Notes under the pieces: model-generated
Told to the model about the DNA's origin: nothing
Databases searched by the model: none
Seen by the model: only the letters and a program-made list of their open reading frames with translations
Translations under genes and position numbers: made by a program
Shown: piece by piece, positions 36,223 to 47,669 of the stretch
Numbering within the stretch: position 1 is the first letter of the stretch
Layout: each line of letters starts with the position of its first letter
Source of the DNA: Eukaryota sp. TZLM1-RC
Lineage: Eukaryota; Protista; Metamonada: BaSk clade
DNA: 64,000 bases
NCBI GenBank assembly: GCA_040285825.1
Contig: JAUPSS010000008.1
Span: 248,001 to 312,000, forward strand
Direction of reading: 5' to 3'

Positions 36223-36507
36223 CATACCTGGGCATGACAACTACTCGCATTTGTCATGACACTGTATTTAAACAGCGATATAAGACGAGGCTCCATGCCG
36301 GATGTGTACTATTTTGAAGGGAGTGCAGTTTGGAGCCCTCAGTGCGTGTCTCGTTGAAAGTTGTGGACATGCAGTTTTTGAATAAATGTGTCTTTATTGA
36401 TTTAACGTGTATGTTTTGTACAAAAGATTCAATTTGTCATAACACCATGACAGCAGTGTTGATTGTCATGACAAGTCATGACAATAATGACGTCATGCCC
36501 AGGTAAG
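36223..36507. mobile_element. hAT-type MITE (285 bp)
   Basis: TIRs catacctgggcatgac / gtcatgcccaggtaag (15/16); perfect 8-bp TSD ATTTCAAC (36215-22, 36508-15); subterminal GTCATGAC repeats. Confidence 0.9.
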
Positions 36508-36853
36508 ATTTCAACTGACATTTCTGTTTGTTCCAACTTGTGATTGAACATTACCAAATAAAGTTCAACGAACTGAATACAACAAAATCATTTCCTCAAA
36601 TATCAAATAATTACCTTTCCATAATCTTTTGATTGTATCATAAATAAAATGATAACTGTTTGACAAACGTGGATTTTCCAAATTGTTAATTATCTTTCAG
36701 CAAAATTGAAATAGTCTTTTATCAACCATACATTTCCTCGACAAAGTGCACAAGTAAAATTATTTTGTTATTGGATAGAATTGCAGTTATTTTGCTTTGT
36801 AAAATAATTATGAACTAAAAAATATTTATGCGTAAAAACAAAACAAAAATGCA

Positions 36854-38056
36854 TTAAATCAGTTCAGCAACGTTCTTGGGCATTTCCAAAATACTAGTTT
36901 GATAAAACCTTTCAATTTCACGAAGAGCTTCTTGCTCATTGGGAGTAACAAAGTTGATGGCAACACCACGACGACCGAAACGTCCTGAACGACCTATACG
37001 ATGGAGGTATGATTCTTTGTTGTTGGGAACATCATAGTTGAAAACTAATGAAACTTGTTGGACATCGATACCTCTGGCTAGGAGATCGGTGGTGATAAGT
37101 ACACGTTGTTCGGATGCGCGGAAACGGGACATGACTTCTTCACGTTGTTTGGGGTCCATTTCTCCATGAGTGGATGCAACGGTAAATCCCTTTTCAGTAA
37201 GACGACCAGCTAACCATTCAACACGTTTACGAGTGTTACAGAAAATAATAGATTGTGCGACTTGGAGAGTTTCGTAGAGATCACAAAGAGTATCAAACTT
37301 CCATTCTTCACGTTCAAGATTGATGAAGAACTGCTTAATACCTTCGAGAGTAAGCTCATCACGCTTGACAAGGATTCTAATAGGATCTCTCATGAATTTG
37401 GAGGAAATTTCAAGAACATCTGGGGGCATGGTGGCAGACAACAAACACACCTGAACATCACTTGGCACACCGCGGAAGATTTCATAAACCTGTTCCTTGA
37501 AACCACGGGAAAGCATCTCATCGGCTTCATCAACAATGAACATCTGGAGTTCGCTAGCATCAAGGTGCCCTCTGCGGATTAAATCGTGAACACGGCCTGG
37601 TGTACCAACAACAACATGGACACCGGCGTTGAGTTGGGCAGCATCATCGCGAACACTGGTACCACCGTAACAAGCGAGAGCTTTGATGTCACAGTAACGG
37701 GAGATGTTAGTAACAACTGTGTTAATTTGGGAGGCTAACTCGCGAGTAGGGGCCAAAACGAGGGCACGGGGACACTTAGGTGTGGCGGGAGTAGACTCCA
37801 AACGCTCCAACATGGCAATGGTGAAAGTGGCTGTCTTTCCGGTACCAGATTGAGCCTGGGCGATGACGTCCTTTTCAGTAATGATGGGAACAATACCAAG
37901 TTTTTGGATGGTTGAGGGAGACTCAAAACCATAGGCATAAATACCACGGAGGATTTCCTCCTTGAGGGACATATCTTCGAACTTCTCGAAGAAGGTGTTC
38001 CAATTGGAGGTTAGCTCCGTGGGAGCTGGTTGTTGGGCATTAACTTCAGTTGACAT
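36854..38056 (-). CDS. EIF4A: Translation initiation factor eIF4A (DEAD-box helicase)
   Basis: [26 protein letters not shown] and [11 protein letters not shown] motifs; 400 aa; intronless. Confidence 0.96.
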   Translation of the reverse strand: MSTEVNAQQPAPTELTSNWNTFFEKFEDMSLKEEILRGIYAYGFESPSTIQKLGIVPIITEKDVIAQAQSGTGKTATFTIAMLERLESTPATPKCPRALVLAPTRELASQINTVVTNISRYCDIKALACYGGTSVRDDAAQLNAGVHVVVGTPGRVHDLIRRGHLDASELQMFIVDEADEMLSRGFKEQVYEIFRGVPSDVQVCLLSATMPPDVLEISSKFMRDPIRILVKRDELTLEGIKQFFINLEREEWKFDTLCDLYETLQVAQSIIFCNTRKRVEWLAGRLTEKGFTVASTHGEMDPKQREEVMSRFRASEQRVLITTDLLARGIDVQQVSLVFNYDVPNNKESYLHRIGRSGRFGRRGVAINFVTPNEQEALREIERFYQTSILEMPKNVAELI

Positions 38057-38365
38057 AGAAAAAAGGATTTATTGTATTTGATTCTGATATCACCCTCCAA
38101 AGCTGTTTCATCCAATTTCACCGTATAAACAGCACGGTGCATCGTCAAGTTCGGTATTTTGCTTAATTCAAGCAAATTCTATAGCTTCAATTAATTTTCA
38201 AATGTTCTGAAATCAAAAAGCAAGATGTTTGATGTGCGCGAAAAGGATCAAATGATATCGATTGAATAAAATGTTAAGCAAAAGAATTGTTACAATATCT
38301 GATTCATTGAGTTTTCAACATTGCAGCCACTTAAAATGGACAGAAAGTTCATTATCATATGCCTT

Positions 38366-40150
38366 TGTTGCCGATAGGTATGCTAGTTGTAAGTGTTAGT
38401 ATAAAGTCAGGTAAAGCGGGTCAGGATAATGATAATTTTATTTAAACCTCTATATTATAATCCATACCTTTAAATTATAATTTCATTTTGGAATTCCGGA
38501 ATTCCAAATACTTAAAGAAATACTTAAAGAATTCCAGCAGTAGTGACTGGAATTCCGTAATTCAAAGGTATGATATAAACTAAGGTAATCACTAGTGAGA
38601 TACCTATACTAATTTCTCCCGTTTTCTTATGTAAAATTCTTTGCAATTGTTCTTCCACTTTCTTTGCGGATAACGCGTTTGCTGTCAACGTTTGCTTTTA
38701 CTTGGTTTCATATTACATCGAGAATCCGCTTCTGATTATCTGACAGAATGGAGTGATTTCCCGGTAGTCTCTCCTCTCCACCAAACCACTCCACAGTCTG
38801 TATTATATTCTTCAAGGATTTCTTTGATGACATTTTTAACTGAATCAGTAGATCAACATCGTTAGAATTGTCAGCGTTATAAATTTTACAGTCCTTCTTA
38901 GATACTTTTGTTTGTTCACCAGTCGTTAGGTTCTTTATTAATAAAGTGGAGTTGGAAGGGGTTTCTAAAACCAGATATGGGTTAACCAAGATACACGTTA
39001 TTTATTAGGTTGTTTTGTCTTTCGAAGAATATAGTCACCAATATTAAATGTGTTTTCTTTAGTTTCTTTATTATGATTCGGTGTGTTTAATAATTGAATG
39101 ACGCTCTGCTTCTTCCCATTTTTTTTTGGAAACGTTTATTTTTAAACTTGTTTTTTGGCAAAAGTGGTACATTGGATTCGAAATCGAAAATGCCTCCTAT
39201 GATGTTATCAGAAATTCATTTTGGGCTGATAGATGACCCAAACATCAGTTCGTATGGAGTGTGATTTGTTATTCTACTTTTAGTTGAATTTATTGATAAT
39301 TGAGGTATTGGTACATATGTGGACCATGCATTACAGTCGTTGTAGTCTATTTATAATTTCCTTATGCATTGTATCACATATCGATGTTTTTTTTCTACCA
39401 ATCCACTTTCTGATAGGGAATTGAATTTGAAACTTCAATTGACTTCTTCGGCAAAGCAATTTAAATATTTCATTCGCGAACTCAGGACCATTATCACTAT
39501 GTATGGACAAAAGTATGCCAAATATACCGCAGACATTCCATTTCAAAGGATCTGCTATTTTTTAAGCATTGAGTTCTTTTAAAGGTGCAAGTATCATATA
39601 TTTTGTAAATGAATCGACGAAAACTAATAATTTTTTATTATCATTGTTGTCTATATTGAGTGGTCCAATTGTATCCACGTTTAATTTTGCGAAAGGGCTG
39701 TTAGCCCACAGAAAACCAGTTGAGGAAGTCTTTGATTGCTTTACTGGTGCTGTTTTCTGGCATGTAGGACAAAGTTCTATATGTTTAATGAGATCTTTTC
39801 TCATGTTTGGCCAGTAGAAATCATTTTTGGAAAGTTTGTGAAGACTTTCGTTTTTGCTTGGGTGGCGTTATTGGGTTAAGCCATGTATTAGGTTAAGTGC
39901 CGTTGTTCTTAGTTTGGTCGGTATTAACATTCTATTATTATCATTTAACCAGATTTCTGTGCTTTTGCATAGTGTAGCGTTTTTGAATAATGGATGACTT
40001 TTGCTGATGGCTAGTTGTTGCTGTGATTTAACTTTTGAGAGCCAATTTGAAAAAATGGGTAAATCCAATAACAGTGTTTTCCAATCACTTTAATGTCCGT
40101 CATGAGTTGGATTCGGGTCGACTGACCTTGTACAGTCGGCTGTTGGGTCT
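38366..40150 (-). mobile_element. Gypsy/chromovirus 3' remnant (integrase, PPT, LTR 38366-38608)
   Basis: YWPNMRKDL..CPTCQK, LNVDTIGPL and IHSDNGPEF motifs; LTR/PPT homologous to 11189-11330. Confidence 0.88.
38463..38572. mobile_element. Small MITE (GGAATTCC-rich) inserted in the LTR
   Basis: TIRs catacctttaaatta / taattcaaaggtatg (14/15); flanks ttataatc / atataaac (6/8); absent from the homologous LTR at 11189-11312. Confidence 0.7.
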
Positions 40151-40257
40151 GAGATTTTCCGACAGGTCGGAATTCCAACACCGTTTTGAAAAATTCCGTT
40201 TTCACTACGGCTATTTTCACTGGTCACTACTATTTTGTGTTTTTGTGCTATTAGGCT

Positions 40258-42579
40258 ATGCAATCTGGAAAAAAACGGAGTTCATCAGTCCTAGATTCCT
40301 GGGAACTCAAGCAACTAAAAGCAGCAGGTGTGCACACCGGTTCCTTGATTGACTCAAGCTCACTGAAAGCTGAGGACGAAGATGATGCTCTACCTGACAT
40401 TAAGGTCAAATCCTCTTATGAAACTGCACATGATTACCACGCTTCAGACCCTCGCTTAGCTCAATTTTGTTATTCAGATTCACCCCTTACAATCTCTTCT
40501 GCTCCTCAGAATTCCTTATGTAGAGCTGCGTCCAATGCCAAGGATATCACACGTAACCACAAAAGATCCCTTCCATCACAATCCACTAATCCCTTCAACC
40601 ACCTCCCTCGACCTCCACCCCGCCCCTCTCCCTCTGCCAGTCATTCTGCTTTACCTATTCGTGAATACAAGGAGGAAATCATCTCCCTCGTGAACAATTC
40701 CCGTTTCTCCGTAATTGTAGGGGAAACTGGTTCAGGAAAAACCACACAAATTCCACAGTATTTACTTACCCAACCGTCACTTCTCAATAACAAAGCAATT
40801 GCAGTCACTCAACCACGGAGAGTTGCTGCTATCTCTGTTGCCAATAGAGTTGCTTCTGAAAGGTGTACCACTTTGGGAGATGAAGTTGGATACAAGATTA
40901 GATTTGAAGATGTTTCCAGTTTGCGCTGTAAGATTTTGTATCAAACTGATGGTATTTTACTCAAGGAATTGCAAAGTGATCCACTCTTATCACGATATTC
41001 AATCATTATGATTGATGAAGCTCATGAGAGGTCAGTTAATACTGATTTATTGATTGGTTTGCTTTGGGAGGTCATTCAAAAACGATCAGATTTGAGGGTC
41101 ATTATCACATCAGCTACCCTCGATTCTAAGAAATTTGTTGACTTTTTTGATTGTCCTTCTCTTTTTGTTCCTGGGCGACAGCATCCAGTTGAAGTGTTTT
41201 ATTCAAAGTCATTTGAACCTGATTATTTAGCTTCAACTATTGATACTTTGGAACATATTCTGATGAGTCTTGAGAATTCCAAAGACCAGAAAGATGGTGA
41301 CGTGTTGATTTTCTTAACCGGGGCAGAGGAGATTGAAATCATGTGTGACTTGATTAGAGAAAGGTCAAAGTCTTTGAAGACTTCTCTTGAAATCCTTCCC
41401 CTTCCCCTATACAGTTCCCAGTCAACTGATCAACAACGACTGGTTTTCACCCCTGCACCTGTTGGTTTCAGAAAGGTCATTGTTGCTACCAACATTGCCG
41501 AAACTTCTGTTACAATTGATGGTGTTGTCTACGTTATTGATTGTGGTTTCATGAAAATTAAGTCTTTTAATTCCAAGTTGAATATGGATCAGCTGTCAAT
41601 TGTGCCCATCTCTAAAGCTAATGCAAGACAACGATCTGGAAGGGCAGGGAGAACTAGACCAGGAAAGTGTTTTCGACTGTATACCCATTCTGCCTATCAA
41701 TCAGAAATGATTGACAATCCTATCCCTGAAATTTTGAGAAGTAATTTGGTTTCAGTGGTTTTACTTCTGAAGTCTTTGGGAATTGATGATGTTTTGTCCT
41801 TCAAGTTTATTGATTCTCCCTCCATCGTTCATATCACCAATGCAATCAATTCACTTAAGCTTTTGGAAGCTTTGGATGAAGAAGGTCGTCTCACACAATT
41901 AGGAAGGAGGTTGACGGAGTTTCCCTTGTCACCAAATGTTTCCAAAATGCTGTTAGCAAGTGTTGATTTGCAATGTTCTAAGGAAACTATCGTTATTTCG
42001 GCAATGCTATCAGTTGAGGATGTTTTTTACAGACCAGTTTCCCGAAAGTCAATCAAAATCAATCATGATGACGTAATGGGGTTAAGTTCTGGTAGTTCTC
42101 AGTTAGCGAGGGCTGAGAGTGCTCATTCTCGATTTGTTTCGGCTATTGGTGATCATATTACCTTGCTTAATGTTTATTCAAAATGGGAAGAATCGAATTA
42201 TTCTTTTCAATGGTGCAAAAACAACTTTGTTCACTATAGAGCTCTGAAAGAGGCTTCTGAGATTGTAAAACAGCTCTCAGATATTCTAAGGAACCTTAAA
42301 TTACCAATTTTGACATGCAACAGAAATAAAGACTTAATCAAAGCTATTTCAGTTGGACATTTTATGAAAATTGCCAAGAGAAATGGTGATTCTTATAGAA
42401 CTTTATTAGGAGATTCAACTGTATATATTCATCCTTCAAGTTGTTTGTTTCACAGACAGCCTAAATATTTAGTTTACAATGAATTAGTTTTGACATCTAA
42501 AGAATACATGAGATGTGTGTCAATTGTTGATCCTAAATGGCTTGTTAAAGTATGTCCAAAGTTATTTGCATTAGATTAA
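40258..42579 (+). CDS. PRP22: Spliceosomal DEAH helicase Prp22/DHX8
   Basis: WELKQLKAAGV and SLCRAA N-terminal Prp22 motifs; GETGSGKTTQ, DEAH, SAT, QRSGRAGR; HA2/OB domains. Confidence 0.88.
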   Translation: MQSGKKRSSSVLDSWELKQLKAAGVHTGSLIDSSSLKAEDEDDALPDIKVKSSYETAHDYHASDPRLAQFCYSDSPLTISSAPQNSLCRAASNAKDITRNHKRSLPSQSTNPFNHLPRPPPRPSPSASHSALPIREYKEEIISLVNNSRFSVIVGETGSGKTTQIPQYLLTQPSLLNNKAIAVTQPRRVAAISVANRVASERCTTLGDEVGYKIRFEDVSSLRCKILYQTDGILLKELQSDPLLSRYSIIMIDEAHERSVNTDLLIGLLWEVIQKRSDLRVIITSATLDSKKFVDFFDCPSLFVPGRQHPVEVFYSKSFEPDYLASTIDTLEHILMSLENSKDQKDGDVLIFLTGAEEIEIMCDLIRERSKSLKTSLEILPLPLYSSQSTDQQRLVFTPAPVGFRKVIVATNIAETSVTIDGVVYVIDCGFMKIKSFNSKLNMDQLSIVPISKANARQRSGRAGRTRPGKCFRLYTHSAYQSEMIDNPIPEILRSNLVSVVLLLKSLGIDDVLSFKFIDSPSIVHITNAINSLKLLEALDEEGRLTQLGRRLTEFPLSPNVSKMLLASVDLQCSKETIVISAMLSVEDVFYRPVSRKSIKINHDDVMGLSSGSSQLARAESAHSRFVSAIGDHITLLNVYSKWEESNYSFQWCKNNFVHYRALKEASEIVKQLSDILRNLKLPILTCNRNKDLIKAISVGHFMKIAKRNGDSYRTLLGDSTVYIHPSSCLFHRQPKYLVYNELVLTSKEYMRCVSIVDPKWLVKVCPKLFALD

Positions 42580-42912
42580 ATCAAAGTTTTTGGTAATTTA
42601 AAAGTCTTTGTTATAAAAGTGGTGTACGAAGTTAAAAACACAATATAATGATACAAAGAATTATACAAACAAAACATTAAACTTAATTAATTAGAGTCGA
42701 AGAAACCACTAACAAACAGTTCACCAAAACTCTTTTCTTTCATTAAAGAGTTGTAGTTAAGGATGGTACGATATAGAACGAAAACTAGTTTAAGAACCGA
42801 TTGAGAACTTAAGGCCATTGTGAGCGATTTCCTCAAGGCGAGATAAAGCAAAAAATACATTTAACCAATGCTTTTCATTTGGATTGTTCTCGTGCAATAT
42901 TGGTTTATCACT

Positions 42913-44865
42913 TCAAAATCTTTTCCCTTTAACTGCAATACCTGGTTTTAATGGGACAATTTTGCATCTATTACAATAAACCTCACAACTGCCAAATGAA
43001 AAAGACACTTCTTTGCATTCATCATAATCAAAAAGTCCAAAACAGACAGGACAATGGGCAACTGTTCTGGTAAAATCTATATAATGTTGACTCATTAAGC
43101 AGCATTCAGTGCAATGATTATGAAGACACTTTCTAGACATCAGAAAAGGATAATCATCATTGAAAATTAATTCAGTGTTGGCTTCCATACAAATTGGACA
43201 AGGTTGGACATCACTTGGAATCATGGAAGTTTTCAGCAAAAGTCGGCTAATGGATGACAATTTGGTTGAAAAATTCGGTGTAAATTCTTCTTGCAGAGTC
43301 ATACAGCATGAAAAAATTAAACTCAATTGATTTAAATAAGAATTGATTGTTCGAGAATCATCTAAACTAAGAATAAACTCAAAAAAAGAGTCACATTTAT
43401 CAATAAAAACATCAAAATTATTCAAGCAAAGCATTAATTCCTGAGGAAAACATTTTAAATTAACACTTTCAATAATATTTGGTTTATAGTAGTGAAACAA
43501 TTTATCTTCCGTTAGTTTCGGAACACCAACGACACTCAACTCCGATCTTGAACGAATTCTAGAAGGTAAATCCATTGGAAGTTTATCAACGTAGGAAATG
43601 CAATATTTTGATGGTGATAGGCAAATAGAGTTGCAGTGACCTTTAAATTTGAAAAAGCATCTAGTTTGACACTTGATGTTGTGAAGAGTAAGGAGATTTC
43701 CTGCAATCAAAAACGTATCAGAGTCAACCAAAGTCAAACATTTTGAACCTTTTTCGACAGGAATTTCCTTGACCAAAACGGGATCATTTTGGCCTTTATT
43801 GACCTTGATGACCTTACAAAATCCATCACTTTTCAGAACGAAGGAAATAAAATGAAGACTTGTTTCAAGGAAATCAAAATCCAAAACACAAGCTGGTAGA
43901 CAATGGTTCTTTGAAATAAATTTGGAATAGAATTTTTCAGAAACAAGAAATCCATTGAACGAAAGTGTCAAAATTCTAATTGTTGACTGACTTCCAACAA
44001 CTGCCAACGAATAATGACCCATAGTGGTCAGACCCCCAAACTTGACTCCAACAATACAAGAATCTGGTAATCCATGTTGAATTAAAGTGATCAACTCTAT
44101 GTTTAATTCATCAACTTCAGCTTTAATTTTTCGAATCAACCTAAAAACTCCCAAAAAAGGACCACGGCCTCCAGTGACGAAGAGACAAGAATGTTCTAGA
44201 AATCCTTGTGTTTTAGAAATAACTAATGGAGAAAAGGCAAAAGTTGTAGTTGCTGCTGGTAAAAAGAGTAATGAAGAGGGTAAAGAACCATTGAATGAAA
44301 CAACAGGGCTTTCCTTAATGGCCGACATCAAAAGGGAAGAAGCCAAGGCAGGAGGATTGAACACTGGGGCAAAGTTGGGACAAAAAGGGGACGTTTGAGA
44401 AAGGAAAATAATAGCATAATCAGAACGGAGAACAGCAAGAAGAGAGTTATTGGGGGTTAGCCCAAGGGGGGACCATGAGAGATGGGTAAATGTAAGTGGG
44501 ACATCAGCATTCCAGGATTCGGAAAGGAACTGCGAATCAGCAATGGAAAAGAGGTCACTACCAGCTTTTGATGAAGTATAGTCCACTATTGGCTCGTTAT
44601 TCACCCAATCCTGATCGGCGAAATCTCTGGAAGGAGCTGAATATGTGCACAATTGATGAATGGGTGGAAAGCTGTGGAGATGGGTGTATGAATCTGTTGA
44701 TGATCCAGTATTCACACAGACGTCATGATCATGAATGTAGGCTATGTGACCATGTGGTGACCAATCCATTAATGAGATGTTACTGTGAATTTCACTTGTT
44801 ATGCCTGTAAAATTCACTCCTGTTTTCAACTTTCTCAATGTCTACTCACAGGCTGTAAGAGACAT
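42913..44865 (-). CDS. TFIIIC subunit 4 (TFIIIC-delta/GTF3C4)-like: WD/beta-propeller + C-terminal Cys-rich zinc finger; predicted 45-nt intron 44805-44849
   Basis: MDWSPHGHIA and LSWSPLGL..LLAVL motifs; CPIC..C.HNH..CC..CPVC..CNRC. ATG 44865 plus a GTGAGT...TTTACAG intron restores the frame. Confidence 0.65.
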
Positions 44866-45510
44866 GTAGCGTCATTTGACAAAGACAAGCAGGATTTTCA
44901 CCGATGGGCTACCTCACTTAAATACACCTACTGCTTTCACACAACAAAGTCTCGCGAGTTGTGTATCTGAGTGGATCTCAAAAATGCTACTAACGTATTT
45001 GTAGATCGGTCTCAAAAGTTTTTCAAAAAATTCAAAAAAAAATAAAAAAGTACAAAAAAATATCAGTTTTTCCAAAGTTTTTGTTTCTGGATGCTCAGCT
45101 TCCCCATTCATTTCCTCAACAGAGCATTTGTGCAAATGTATCTTTCTGGCAACAATTCCGCTTTCTTCTTAATTTGAATATTTTTTGCAGCGAAAATATC
45201 TCTGTCAAATACTACTACACACTCGGTACAATTACGCATCTGCCATGAGCCTGCTCGAATATTCTCGGCCATGCAACAACTGGAGAGTTTGCTTGTATTA
45301 AACTTACTGGTTGACAAGTGCTTCACGTCCTTTTGATAACACAACCATTTTCTGAAAGCCCTTGCTGACCCATATCCATTGACTTTTCGGCAATGAGAAG
45401 GGAAATTAGCAGAACCCACAGCAAGGTAATGTTTTTCAGGATGTCCAGCCAGCCTTTGAAATTTGTTGAGACTCTTTCAGAACCGTCTCTCTTTTCGTCT
45501 GCGGTTATCA

Positions 45511-45666
45511 TGTTAGTCTTGAATAGTATTTATAGTTTCATTATATAGTTTATTAGTATTCCGCCTATTAGTTTACGAAGAGAGAATACAATTCCTCTTC
45601 GTAATAAATTACACTTCTGTTAATTCACTCTGTATGAACCCTAACACACAGCAGCCAAGACCATCA
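45511..45666 (+). mobile_element. Solo LTR (156 bp), related to the 25308-28422 LTRs
   Basis: TG...CA termini; TSD ATCA (45507-10/45667-70); shares tgttag.cttg.ata.tattt and cttcgtaataaa..ttaca blocks with the reverse complement of 28254-28422. Confidence 0.85.
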
Positions 45667-45766
45667 ATCAAATTTAATTATTGTCATTTTCTGGCGATTA
45701 CTTTCGAAATACATTTTCCTCCTGAACAAATTCCAATGGTTCAAATATATTTTTTTACAAAATTTT

Positions 45767-47669
45767 AATTTTATTCAAAACCTATAAATCAACATCTAAA
45801 AAATCCATCTCTCCCAAAACAAAAACACTAGATGCAACTCTCTCATAGTGAGATCCAAGAGAAAGCAAAGCATCAGAAACCATCTTCAACATCCCCTTAA
45901 AAATAGAAAACACAATTCTATTTTGCCAAAACAATCTGTTAAAATTTCTGCCAGTTCTTCTCTTTACAATCATTTCAAAATCATCCAAAAAACGTAAAGC
46001 AGTTGGTGCAAGTGAACCAAAAAGGGAAAATACAAATGGATACAAATTGTATTTTGCATGCTGTAAACTGGCCAATTTAGACAAAGGTTCATTGTATTTT
46101 TTGAATTTAAAATTTACAGCATTTGAAAGGGGATTATGAACTTCAGAATTAACTAGCCTTTCATTTGAGGCATTACAAGGATCAACAGACATTACATCCA
46201 ATAAAATGAAACTTCCATCTAATCCAGGTAATATAACATCACCTCTATTATTCTTATGAAAATCATATTCAGCATCAAACAGATTTGACAACAGAGGTTC
46301 CAAGAAGGACTCAATTCTGTGAGATTTACACATACAATATAACTGGTCTCTCACAGCATCATGAACCTTGCTTCTAAAAGTAATAAAATGTTTACAATTT
46401 AACAAATGAGTACTTGTAATTTCTCGAGAACATTTACAAATTAAATTATGAGGTAAATTATCATGCCAGATAAAGGAACGAAATCTCATATTCAGAGTCC
46501 AAGCAGAATCGGATAAGAGAGTACCATAAACTTGTGGAATTGTTGTTACTAAGGCAGAAGAAGTACTGTCACACATATCTTGTAAAAGATTTGCAAAAGC
46601 GGGATTCTTTTTCTTGGCCAAGCCAAGTCTAACATCAAAATCCAAGCTTTCAAAAATCTTTGACAATTTTTGTTGAAGCTTTTTACAGCAAAACTGTAAA
46701 TTAAATAGAGATCGGTTTGGAATTTCTTGAATTGATTGAGGAAAACATTTGGTCCAAATTTGTGGCGGTAATTTTTCAAGTTCACAAGATAACTCATACA
46801 AATAGGGACTGCAAATGGGAAGTAACAGATGAGAATCATCAGGAAATCTACGAGAAAATTCATAAATTGAATTTTTGCCACCACCCAAGAATGCTGATTG
46901 ACACAAAATTGAAGATTTAGTAAATCCAATACCACCCAAATTTGCTGAAGAAAATAAATGGCTTTTCAACATTCCTGGTTCTACATCCAATAAATCAGCA
47001 AAAAATTCTGTTCTCAATGAATTAAAAGAACGACAAAAATCTAATGCTATGGAAGGAGCACAAGATCTCAAAATGTGGGTTATTCTCCCAGTGTAGCAAA
47101 TTTTAAGCATGAAAAATTTAATATGTTTTTCTATATCTAAAGAAGAAATTGAATCAAGTTCAATTTTCATTTTTTCCAAAATAACTTGTAATTCATTCTG
47201 AATTTGAGGCACGTTTCCTAACCAACAACCAAGGAACTTAAAAGCATCACTACTATAATTAGTAAAAGGGACAATAGAATCGTTTATCACGAGGTCTTGA
47301 GCAGAAGAGCCAATCAGAAGACATTTGCTGGCATTAAGATGAAGCCCAATATTTTCATATGAATCGGCAATTTCTTGAGCAACTAATTCTAGTAAATCAA
47401 ATGAACCAATCAAGGATATATCATCCATATAAGCAACTATTTTTATAGAAAAATCAAATGAACCAATCAAGGATATATCATCCATAAAAGCAACTATTTT
47501 TATAGAAGGGTATTTTTGCTTAATGATATTTAAAGTTTTGTGAATAGCTAAACAAAACAATAACGGGCCTAAAGGATCACCTTGCTTCACACCAGAAGAT
47601 GATTTAAGACCAAATAAATTAAAAATTAAATCTGATTCTTTCCCATAAAAATGGTTCAAATATTGGTTG
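45767..47669 (-). mobile_element. 5'-truncated RLE-type non-LTR retrotransposon, family 2, with uninterrupted ORF
   Basis: GVKQGDPLG, duplicated (F/Y)MDD, HDAVRD and RGD..LDV..K.KKY; probable TSD AAATTTT (45760-66/47670-76). Confidence 0.9.
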
